Made by a program: the position numbers and the translations under genes. This document shows, piece by piece, positions 1 to 8,345 of a stretch of DNA of 12,507 nt (position 1 is the first letter of the stretch; each line of letters opens with the position of its first letter). The stretch is from Pseudomonadota bacterium (lineage in GTDB: Bacteria; Desulfobacterota; Desulfobacteria; Desulfobacterales; RPRI01): positions 1 through 12,507 of the forward strand of contig JBDRRF010000113.1 of NCBI GenBank assembly GCA_043825875.1, given 5' to 3'. The notes below the pieces were generated by a model, which was given only the letters and a program-made list of their open reading frames with translations, was not told the DNA's origin and made no database searches.

Positions 1-67
1 TTAATAATATATTATATTTTGTTTCTATTTTACAATGCTTTATAATAAAATTCAATTATAGGTTAAA

Positions 68-210
68 GAGCCAGTTTCAAAACGCCCCATTTTGGCCGAT
101 CTTAAGCGTTGGGCTCAAATTTCAATCCTCGAAATACTAAATGTATTACTGTGGTTGAAATTTTCTCCCGCCTTGAGCTTGACCAAACTGAAACGTTTTG
201 AAAGTGGCTC
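68..210. mobile_element. 143-bp MITE-like palindromic repeat, copy 1 (complete)
   Basis: 17-bp terminal inverted repeats GAGCCAGTTTCAAAACG (68-84) and CGTTTTGAAAGTGGCTC (194-210), 16/17 match. TAAA on both flanks (64-67, 211-214) is a possible 4-bp target duplication. No ORF. Near-identical inverted copy at 12368-12507. Confidence 0.85.
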
Positions 211-461
211 TAAAGATATACTTTTAAAGAACTTCTACCAAAAAACTATTGTAATATAAGTGTTTTTATGATATTTGGGAAACATTTTATTATACAGTTT
301 TAATATTTTGTAAACCTATCCTTTATTTAACATATGAACAAATGGTTTGATCCTAAATTTCTACTAAGGGATAAAACATATTATAGGTTGCATATTTTTA
401 GTCTATATTGTAATAGAGCATAGATTTCTTTATATAATTAAATACTCACAAATATAAAAAG

Positions 462-2135
462 GTGGAAAAGATGGATGATTCAAGAGAAAAAATCGAATTT
501 GACGTGCTGTTTGTAGGAGGTGGGCCGGCATCTTTGGCAGGAGCAATAAGGCTTATGCAGCTTGCTCAAAAGAACAATATCGAACTTGAAGTGGCCCTTT
601 TGGAAAAGGGAGCTGAAATCGGATCTCACGCATTAAGCGGAGCAGTTTTAAACCCGATTGCTTTAAATGAGCTTATTCCTGATTTTAAGGAGAAGGAATG
701 TCCGCTTGAAACAGTAGTAAGAGGAGATGAATTTGTTTTTCTCACTGAAAATTCTTCTAAGCGTCTTCCCATGGCGCCAAAACAAATGCATAATAAGGGT
801 TTTTATGTTGTAAGCCTTTCAAGATTTACAAGATGGCTTGGCGATATTGCTATGGAACTTGGCGTTAATATATTTCCGGGTTTTGCTGGAAAAGAAGTAT
901 TATATGACAGTAATGGGAAAACTATTATAGGCGTGCGAACAGGAGATAAAGGACTTGACAAAGACGGCAAACCGAAAGGTAATTTCGAAGAGGGAATTGA
1001 CCTTATGGCAAAGGTGACTGTTTTTGGAGAAGGTGCAAGAGGAAGTCTTATGCAGGATATCTCTAAAAAGCTCGACATATTTTCAGGTAAAATGCCCCAG
1101 GTTTATGAAACCGGTATAAAAGAAGTAATTCAGCTTCCTGAAAACAATTATTTTACCAACAGCACGAGTAACGATATACATACTATGGGCTATCCGCTTG
1201 GCTTTGATACCCCCGGCGGAGGCTTTATATATCAAATGGCCGACAATAAGGTTACATTAGGTTTTCTTGTCGGGCTTTGCTATGAAGACCCGATGCTGGA
1301 TTTATATGATGAATTTATGAAATTTAAAACTCATCCGTTCGTTGCAAATGTTATAAAAGATGGGAAAGTGATAGAGCAGGGCGCCCGAACTGTTTCAAAT
1401 GGTGGTTATAATACAATGCCCAAGCTTTTTGTCAACGGTGCCCTTTTTGTCGGCGGATGTGCGGCCATTCAGAGCCCTCCGGCATTAAAAGGAATTCATG
1501 TTTCAATGAAATCAGGTATGCTGGCCGCTGAAGCAATTATGAAAGCCTATCAGGAAAACAATTTCAATGCCGAGGCATTGAGTGCCTATCAAACTCTTTT
1601 TGATAAAAGCTGGCTTAAAGAAGAAATGTATGAGGGAAGAAATTTTGCTGCGGCTCTTGCCAAAAAAGGCTTACCCAAACTTATTCATCTGGGGTCTCAG
1701 TATATTACTAAAGGTCGCGGCATTGTTGATAATCTGAGTACCGAAGAAGACTGTACCACTTTAAAACCGGTAGGCGCAAAAGCTAAGGCCAACACAAAAA
1801 AGATAAATTATGACGGCACTCTATTTGTAGATAAACTAACAGGTGTTTTTCTATCAAAGGCTGCACACAGGGAAGACCAGCCCTGCCATATTATTGTCCA
1901 TGACATGGATATATGCGTAAATGAATGTTATCAAAAATATAAATCTCCCTGCACAAGGTTTTGTCCCGGTAGTGTTTATGAAATGGAAGTGGATGAAAGC
2001 ACAGGAAAGCCTAAACTTAAGCTTAATTTCTCAAATTGTCTGCATTGCAAAACCTGTGATGTAAAAGATCCGTACAGAAATATCAAATGGACATGTCCTG
2101 AAGGAGGAGAAGGCCCGGGTTATACAATAGTATAA
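462..2135 (+). CDS. Electron-transfer flavoprotein:quinone oxidoreductase (ETF-QO; FAD domain plus C-terminal 4Fe-4S domain)
   Basis: N-terminal FAD motif DVLFVGGGPA, then EKGAEIGSHALSGAV, GEGARGSL and KGIHVSMKSGMLAAE. C-terminal Fe-S cysteines CTRFCP...NCLHCKTCDVKDP...WTCPEGGEGPGY are typical of ETF-QO. True start is probably ATG 471 (SD-like AAGGTGG at 459-465) rather than GTG 462. Confidence 0.93.
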   Translation: MEKMDDSREKIEFDVLFVGGGPASLAGAIRLMQLAQKNNIELEVALLEKGAEIGSHALSGAVLNPIALNELIPDFKEKECPLETVVRGDEFVFLTENSSKRLPMAPKQMHNKGFYVVSLSRFTRWLGDIAMELGVNIFPGFAGKEVLYDSNGKTIIGVRTGDKGLDKDGKPKGNFEEGIDLMAKVTVFGEGARGSLMQDISKKLDIFSGKMPQVYETGIKEVIQLPENNYFTNSTSNDIHTMGYPLGFDTPGGGFIYQMADNKVTLGFLVGLCYEDPMLDLYDEFMKFKTHPFVANVIKDGKVIEQGARTVSNGGYNTMPKLFVNGALFVGGCAAIQSPPALKGIHVSMKSGMLAAEAIMKAYQENNFNAEALSAYQTLFDKSWLKEEMYEGRNFAAALAKKGLPKLIHLGSQYITKGRGIVDNLSTEEDCTTLKPVGAKAKANTKKINYDGTLFVDKLTGVFLSKAAHREDQPCHIIVHDMDICVNECYQKYKSPCTRFCPGSVYEMEVDESTGKPKLKLNFSNCLHCKTCDVKDPYRNIKWTCPEGGEGPGYTIV

Positions 2136-3833
2136 TTATAATTTGCCTCTTCTGAGCATAGATATGAGAAGCCAGAAACCCATAACGGCAGCGGTAATAA
2201 ATCCGATTATTCCCAAAAGGGATACACCGTAGTAAAGCGGAGGGATCGAAGAAGAAAGAATAAGTGCTGATCCGATAATAAGAGCCGCAATTATTATAGC
2301 AAAAGATATTCTGTTGCTGATCCTGTTATGGGTTGAAAGCATAGGTTTTAAACCTTCGTGTTCAAACTTTACTACAAGCTTTTGGCTCTTCAAAAGCTTT
2401 GTGATTTCAAGCAAATCTTTTGGAAATTGACGTATAAATTCAACCGACTCAGAGGCAATATCAATTGCCTCTGAAGTTATTTTCTTTGGCGAAAACATTT
2501 TTAAGCGGCTTCGTTTTACAAATGGAGCAACATGTTCTATCATATCAAAGTCCGGATTTAGCGAAACTCCTATACTTTCAATTGTGCTTAAGGCTTTCAT
2601 CATAAGAAAGATATTAGGTAAAATCCTTAGTCTATGTCTGGAAATCGCTTCAAGAAGACTTTGTAAAAGCTTTCCGATTTTAATGTCTTTTAAAGGCTTA
2701 TAAAGATGCTCTCCCATGAACTCCGATACATCTCTTTCAAGAGTGCGCATGTCAGGCTGATAATCCCATGCCGTTATTTTTAGCATAAGCCTGGTTGCCT
2801 TAGCTTCGTTCCGGCTAACAACGCTTTCTACAAGTTCGATAAAATTCTGCCTTGTTTTAGTGTCAACAAAACCGGTCATTCCAAAATCAATAAGACATAT
2901 TACATTTTCGGGAAGAACAAAGATATTTCCGGGATGAGGGTCGGCATGAAAAAAGCCATGATCAAAAATCTGTTGCAAATAAATATCAGCGCCCTTTTCA
3001 GTAATTGCTTTTTTATCCAGGCCTGCTTCCTCAATCTTTTTTACATCGGATATTTTTATTCCATCAATATACTCCATAGTTAGAATTCGCGATGTTGTAT
3101 AGTCACGAAAAACTTGCGGAATATAAAGAGACGGATCATCTAAAAACTGAAACGAAATACGATCCATATTTGAAGCTTCGATGGTGTAATCGAGTTCTTT
3201 TTCAATCGTCCGGCTAAACTCTTCCGCAATTTTAACAGGGCGGTGAAATGACATTTCTTCCAGATAGCGCTCCAAAAGCATTGAAAGATGAAGCATTATC
3301 TCAAGATCGATTTCTATTATTTTTTTTATGCCCGGCCGTTGAATTTTTATGGCAACATCTGCACCATTTTTAAGCCTTGCTTTATGAACTTGCCCTATTG
3401 ATGCCGAGGCTATTGGTTTTTCATTTATAAACTCGAAAATATCTTCTGCTAAAACGCCTAACTCTGATTCCAGAATTTTTTTTGCATCGATGAAAGGAAA
3501 AGCGGGAACTTCATCCTGGAGTTTAGAAAGTTCATGTACAAGATCCGGATGGATAAGGTCAGCGCGGGTGGAAAGGATTTGTCCTAACTTGATATAAGTC
3601 GGGCCAAGCTCTTCAAAAGCTAATCTGATTCTTTCATATTTTGGGAGTTTTTCTTCTTTTTTATCTTTTTTCCAAGGTATAAATTTAAGGCCGAATTTAA
3701 GATATCTTTTTATCCTAAGGACTTCTATAACATCATCAAATCCATATTTGAAAAGGACAGAAAGAATCTGGCGATAGCGACCAATATGACGATATGTACG
3801 TCCGATTGTGCTTATTTGTCTGATGCTTAGCAT
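2136..3833 (-). CDS. ubiB: AarF/UbiB/ABC1-family atypical kinase with C-terminal transmembrane helices
   Basis: LGPTYIKLGQILSTRADL, ASASIGQVHKARL, VAIKIQRPGI, FFHADPHPGNI and IDFGM motifs, plus two hydrophobic C-terminal segments. Symbol denotes family membership; a ubiquinone role is not implied. Confidence 0.9.
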   Translation of the reverse strand: MLSIRQISTIGRTYRHIGRYRQILSVLFKYGFDDVIEVLRIKRYLKFGLKFIPWKKDKKEEKLPKYERIRLAFEELGPTYIKLGQILSTRADLIHPDLVHELSKLQDEVPAFPFIDAKKILESELGVLAEDIFEFINEKPIASASIGQVHKARLKNGADVAIKIQRPGIKKIIEIDLEIMLHLSMLLERYLEEMSFHRPVKIAEEFSRTIEKELDYTIEASNMDRISFQFLDDPSLYIPQVFRDYTTSRILTMEYIDGIKISDVKKIEEAGLDKKAITEKGADIYLQQIFDHGFFHADPHPGNIFVLPENVICLIDFGMTGFVDTKTRQNFIELVESVVSRNEAKATRLMLKITAWDYQPDMRTLERDVSEFMGEHLYKPLKDIKIGKLLQSLLEAISRHRLRILPNIFLMMKALSTIESIGVSLNPDFDMIEHVAPFVKRSRLKMFSPKKITSEAIDIASESVEFIRQFPKDLLEITKLLKSQKLVVKFEHEGLKPMLSTHNRISNRISFAIIIAALIIGSALILSSSIPPLYYGVSLLGIIGFITAAVMGFWLLISMLRRGKL

Positions 3834-3854
3834 CGTGTTATATTAACTACCCGT

Positions 3855-4148
3855 TTATTTAATAATTTTCTTAAGTTCATTTATTTCATTCTTTAAAGAC
3901 TCTATGTCACTAACGGTAGCTATATTTTCTTTCTTTAAAGCTGCTTTAACCATATCTTCGACTTTTATTTCCATCTTATCCTGGACTTCCACATATCTCT
4001 TGCGAATATCACTTACAAACTTTTTGCCTTCCTGTTCAGACATTTTGCTTTTTATAGCAATCTCATTTGCCTTACTCTCAACTTCATCCCATGTTTTTAG
4101 GGCAAATCCGATTCCGGTAAGCATTGTTTTTTTAACCAGATTAAACAT
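3855..4148 (-). CDS. Small helical phasin-like (PhaF/granule-associated-type) protein
   Basis: 97 aa. N-terminal KKTMLTGIGFA, central MSEQEGKKFV and C-terminal IATVSDIESLKNEINEL coiled coil resemble phasin-like proteins that often precede ABC1 kinases. Good SD (AAGGAG) on the minus strand; 21 bp upstream of the ubiB-like gene. Confidence 0.7.
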   Translation of the reverse strand: MFNLVKKTMLTGIGFALKTWDEVESKANEIAIKSKMSEQEGKKFVSDIRKRYVEVQDKMEIKVEDMVKAALKKENIATVSDIESLKNEINELKKIIK

Positions 4149-4471
4149 AAAATTGTCTCCTTATTTAAAAAGATTTGCTTGATATGGTACTATGCTTAAG
4201 ACTCTGATTCTTGTATCTTACAATTCCCATTTCATATAATCATGTGGTTATAATCCATAACGATTGCTGCACTTTAGCATAAGAATTATACCTTTGCAAG
4301 GAGTTTCAGCTATTTAAAGTGTATTATTAAACTTAAAAATTTGTGACTTATTACCAAGTTATTAAAAGTTGCTTGACTGTTTGTTTTATCTATCCTACTT
4401 ATTGAAATTAACGGAAAAATATAATAATAGGTTTTTAAAATTTAAATTAATTGATAAGGAAATGCTGATAC

Positions 4472-5221
4472 ATGTCTTTTTCTATAGCACTTGCCGGAAA
4501 GGGTGGGACTGGTAAAACAACAATAAGCGGATTGATAGTAAAATATTTAACAGAAAAGGGCAAAACGCCTATTCTTGCTGTTGATGCTGACTCCAATGCA
4601 AATTTGAACGAAGTTCTTGGTCTTGATGTAGTAGATACTCTGGGTAATGCCAGAGAAGAAATGAAGAAAGGAGTAGTTCCTGGTGGTATGACAAAGGATG
4701 TGTTTATGTCGATGAAACTCGAGCAGGCTGTTGTCGAAGCATCAGGATATGATCTTGTTGTTATGGGCCAGCCCGAAGGCTCCGGTTGCTACTGTGCCGC
4801 CAACACTCTTCTGACAGGTTTTCTGGAACGGCTCATTGATAATTATCCATATATTATTATAGATAACGAGGCCGGCATGGAACATATCAGCCGGCTTACG
4901 ACAAAAAATGTTGATATTCTTCTTATAGTTTCAGATACTTCAAGGCGTGGCCTCCAAGCCGGGTTAAGGATTGGCGAACTTGCAAAAAAACTTAACATTG
5001 GTGTAGGCCAAAGTTATATGATAATAAATCGCTGTAAAGAAGAACCTTCTGATGATATATTGAATATGATTAAAGAGACCGGAATAAAGTTTGCCGGAAC
5101 AATACCGGAAGATAAAACCCTTTATGAATTCGATTTAAACGGTCTGCCGACAATAGATATGCCCTTAGATAATAGTATGGTTAAGGCGGCTTTTGAAATA
5201 TTTGACAGAATAATAAAGTAA
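4472..5221 (+). CDS. cooC: CooC/AcsF-type CO dehydrogenase/acetyl-CoA synthase nickel-insertion ATPase
   Basis: Deviant Walker A GKGGTGKTT, VDADSNANL, metal-binding GCYC motif and DNEAGMEHISR. SD-like TAAGGA upstream. Confidence 0.9.
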   Translation: MSFSIALAGKGGTGKTTISGLIVKYLTEKGKTPILAVDADSNANLNEVLGLDVVDTLGNAREEMKKGVVPGGMTKDVFMSMKLEQAVVEASGYDLVVMGQPEGSGCYCAANTLLTGFLERLIDNYPYIIIDNEAGMEHISRLTTKNVDILLIVSDTSRRGLQAGLRIGELAKKLNIGVGQSYMIINRCKEEPSDDILNMIKETGIKFAGTIPEDKTLYEFDLNGLPTIDMPLDNSMVKAAFEIFDRIIK

Positions 5222-5301
5222 TTATGGGTTTAAAGTCTACTATTACTTGATATGTATAATATCATCGTATTGCAATACTATATGTAAAAAATAAATAGCA
5301 A

Positions 5302-6138
5302 GTGCAACCAATTTATATGACAGCAGACAATCCTTATAAACAACTTTATGTCTATTCTATTGAAGGGCGTGTTAAACCCGATTTTGAAGTATTTGGTTCC
5401 GACTTTATAGGTAATTGGGAGGAGGATAATTTTTCATTTCTTTTCTTTAAAAGCTCATCTTATGGAAACATTGAAATGCTTTTAGACGCCCAGCCCGATC
5501 TGATATTAATTGATAAATATGAAATGACATATGATGAATGGCAGGGTAAAACATCTTTTCCTCTTAATATAGGCCGATTCAATATAACTTCTCCCTGGGG
5601 TACAAATAGTAATACAGAAAATAAAATTAACATTATGATAGATCCTGGAGTGGTTTTTGGCTCAGGAACTCATCCGACAACACATGACTGTATTGAAGCG
5701 CTTGAGGTAGCTTTTGCAAAAGAACAAATTGAAACTGTACTTGATCTTGGAACCGGAACAGGATTGCTGTCAATTATTGCAGCATGCCTTGGAGGTAACA
5801 AGGTTATAGCTGTTGATATCAATTATCTTTCTGCTGGCACAGCAAGAAAAAATATCGTAATGAATGGTTTGGAAGATAGAATAATTTCACTACAGGGTTT
5901 AGCCCAGGATTTTATAGAATTACCTTCTGACCTTCTTATTGCAAACATTCATTATGATATTATGAAGCAACTTGTTAAAGCAGATGGTTTTTTACATAAA
6001 AAATTTTTCATTTTATCAGGGCTACTTAAAAACGAAGCGGAAAAAATAGAGTTTTATTTATCAAAACTTCCTGTTAAAATAATAAGTAGATGGGAACATG
6101 CCGGTATCTGGAGCACTTTTTTAGGAAAACCATTGTAA
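5302..6138 (+). CDS. prmA: PrmA-like SAM-dependent protein methyltransferase
   Basis: DPGVVFGSGTHPTT, VLDLGTGTGLLSI (motif I), LIANI and ILSGLL. N-terminal region looks atypical for the L11 methyltransferase, so the substrate is uncertain. Alternative start ATG 5317. Confidence 0.75.
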   Translation: MQPIYMTADNPYKQLYVYSIEGRVKPDFEVFGSDFIGNWEEDNFSFLFFKSSSYGNIEMLLDAQPDLILIDKYEMTYDEWQGKTSFPLNIGRFNITSPWGTNSNTENKINIMIDPGVVFGSGTHPTTHDCIEALEVAFAKEQIETVLDLGTGTGLLSIIAACLGGNKVIAVDINYLSAGTARKNIVMNGLEDRIISLQGLAQDFIELPSDLLIANIHYDIMKQLVKADGFLHKKFFILSGLLKNEAEKIEFYLSKLPVKIISRWEHAGIWSTFLGKPL

Positions 6139-6168
6139 TGAAACTTCTTTTAAAGGGAAGGTTAATTT

Positions 6169-7008
6169 ATGCGTATTAAATGCTGGGGGTCAAGAGGTTC
6201 GATACCTGTCTCAGGTAAGGAATATCTGATTTACGGCGGAGATACTACGTGTGTAGAAATATGTACTAAGAGTAATGATATTATTATAATTGATGCAGGT
6301 ACAGGTATCAGGCGGCTCGGCAATCATCTTATAGAAAATAACCTGTATAAATATAATTTTATATTTACTCACGCACACTGGGATCACCTTATGGGTTTTC
6401 CTTTCTTTAAGCCTCTTTATTCAAAGCGGGCTGAATTTTATATGCACAGATGTCCGTTTCACAGCAAATTTGTTGAAACAATACTTTCAAAAGTAATGGC
6501 GCCTCCGAATTTCCCTGTAAAATATTCGGATTTAAAAGCAAAAATTGTATATATTGATGCATGTCCTACAGAGTTTGAGATAGGCTCTGTCAAGATAATT
6601 CCTATTCCATTAAGCCATCCTAACAATGGAAGTGGATATAAGTTCATAGAAGATGATAAAACTTTTGTTTTTTTAACTGATAATGAACTTGGTTTTGTTC
6701 ATAATGGCGGGCTCCCGATGAAATCATATATCGAATTTTCAAAGTATGCTGATCTTCTTATTCATGACGCAGAATATAAGCCGGAAGAATATGACCGAAG
6801 AATAGAATGGGGACACTCTGTATATACGGATGTCCTTTCCATGTCTTTTGAAGCAGGAGTCAAGAAACTTGGCCTTTTTCATCTGAATCAGGAAAGAACT
6901 GATGTGGAAATGAATAAAATTGTTAAAATATGCAATCAAGCCGCTGTCGGAAAAGGCTATGATACAGAATGTTTAGGCGTAACATGTGATACTGCATTTA
7001 TTCTATAA
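6169..7008 (+). CDS. Metallo-beta-lactamase-fold hydrolase (RNase Z/phosphodiesterase-like subgroup)
   Basis: WGSRGSIP, YGGDTTCVE, IIDAGTG, HxHxDH motif (THAHWDH), then SHP, TDNE, LIHDAEY, WGHS and FH. Confidence 0.88.
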   Translation: MRIKCWGSRGSIPVSGKEYLIYGGDTTCVEICTKSNDIIIIDAGTGIRRLGNHLIENNLYKYNFIFTHAHWDHLMGFPFFKPLYSKRAEFYMHRCPFHSKFVETILSKVMAPPNFPVKYSDLKAKIVYIDACPTEFEIGSVKIIPIPLSHPNNGSGYKFIEDDKTFVFLTDNELGFVHNGGLPMKSYIEFSKYADLLIHDAEYKPEEYDRRIEWGHSVYTDVLSMSFEAGVKKLGLFHLNQERTDVEMNKIVKICNQAAVGKGYDTECLGVTCDTAFIL

Positions 7009-7014
7009 AAAGGT

Positions 7015-8295
7015 ATGTTAATGCAAGATGATACTATAGATGATAAACCTGTACCAGGTAAAGATCTTGATAATATTGATACAGTCGGAAGATATAAAAT
7101 AATTCGCAAGCTGGGACAGGGAGGGTCGGGTATTGTATATATGGGGCTTGATCCTTATATAAAAAGGGTTGTAGCAATCAAACTTTCAAAATTCAATACG
7201 GATAAAGAAAAAAGTCATTTTTTTGTTGAAGCTCAATCTGCCGGAAGGCTCAGTCACCCCAACATTGTTTCAATATATGATGCCGGTGTTTATAGAGACT
7301 ATTGTTATATGGCAATTGAATATGTTAAAGGTGATACTCTTTTAAAATACTGCAATAAAGAAAATCAACTTCCTGTAAATACAATCATCAAAATTATAAT
7401 AAATGTTTGTAACGCTCTTGATTATGCTCATCAACAGAAAGTCATACACAGAGATATTAAGCCTACAAATATAATGATGGATTCTTCACTATTTCCCAAA
7501 ATTACCGATTTCAGCATTGCCCATATTTCAGAGGCTACATTAGATATGGGCCTATTGGGTACACCCAGATATATGTCGCCCGAGCAATTGAAAGACTCAA
7601 AGGTTTCTGCCATTTCTGACATATTTTCTTTAGGCTGTGTCCTGTATGAAATGCTTGCCGGAGTTAAGGCCTTTCCGGGAGATAATCATTTTTCCATTAT
7701 GTATAAAATCAGCAATGAAGATCCTGCGCCTGTTTCGAGCCTTAGAAGTGGAATACCAAAAATACTTGACGAAATAATACAAAAAACCCTTGCTAAAAAC
7801 CCGGATGATCGTTACCAGAGTTGTATTGAGCTTTCTTATGATTTAAGGGTGGTTCAAAGGGGTTTGGCCGGGTCACAAGGTAATGAAAGAGTAAATGATA
7901 TTATAGGATTTATAAACCATCTTCCTTTTTTTAAAAACTTTACAAAAAAACATATAAAAGAACTGCTTTCGGTTAGTAAAATATCAAAAATACCCAAAGG
8001 GAAAAAAATAGTAAGTGAGGGTGAAATAGATGATACTTTTTACATAATTATGAGTGGAAAGGTAGCAATAACAAAAGATAATAAAAAACTTGCCGTAGTT
8101 GGCCAGGGAAATTGTTTTGGGGAAATGGCATATATAAGCGGTCGGGCCAGAACAGCTACAGTTGTTGCAGAAACTGATTGCATTCTTCTTGTAATAAGCG
8201 CTCCGCTTCTTGATAATGCTTCAGAATCGATTCAGCTGCTTTTTTTGAAAAATTTTGCTTTAACTCTTGTTGACCGGTTGGCCGGAGAATCATAA
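7015..8295 (+). CDS. Hanks-type Ser/Thr protein kinase fused to a C-terminal cyclic-nucleotide-binding domain
   Basis: GQGGSGIVY, VAIK, HRDIKPTN, DFS (DFG variant), GTPRYMSPEQ and DIFSLG. C-terminal LPFFKNF...EGEIDDTFYII.SGKV...FGEMAYISGRARTATV is a CNB phosphate-binding cassette. No transmembrane segment. Confidence 0.92.
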   Translation: MLMQDDTIDDKPVPGKDLDNIDTVGRYKIIRKLGQGGSGIVYMGLDPYIKRVVAIKLSKFNTDKEKSHFFVEAQSAGRLSHPNIVSIYDAGVYRDYCYMAIEYVKGDTLLKYCNKENQLPVNTIIKIIINVCNALDYAHQQKVIHRDIKPTNIMMDSSLFPKITDFSIAHISEATLDMGLLGTPRYMSPEQLKDSKVSAISDIFSLGCVLYEMLAGVKAFPGDNHFSIMYKISNEDPAPVSSLRSGIPKILDEIIQKTLAKNPDDRYQSCIELSYDLRVVQRGLAGSQGNERVNDIIGFINHLPFFKNFTKKHIKELLSVSKISKIPKGKKIVSEGEIDDTFYIIMSGKVAITKDNKKLAVVGQGNCFGEMAYISGRARTATVVAETDCILLVISAPLLDNASESIQLLFLKNFALTLVDRLAGES

Positions 8296-8345
8296 CAATT
8301 ATAGCTTGCAAATTTACTCTACATATGAGGACACTTTAAAGTAAA

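Noticed and set aside
211..461. Sigma-70 promoters upstream of ETF-QO
   Set aside because: Several -10-like hexamers occur in AT-rich DNA, but I found no convincing, correctly spaced -35/-10 pair.
4341..4358. Rex-like operator TTGTGACTTATTACCAAG upstream of cooC
   Set aside because: Only the left half-site matches TTGTGAA-N4-TTCACAA.
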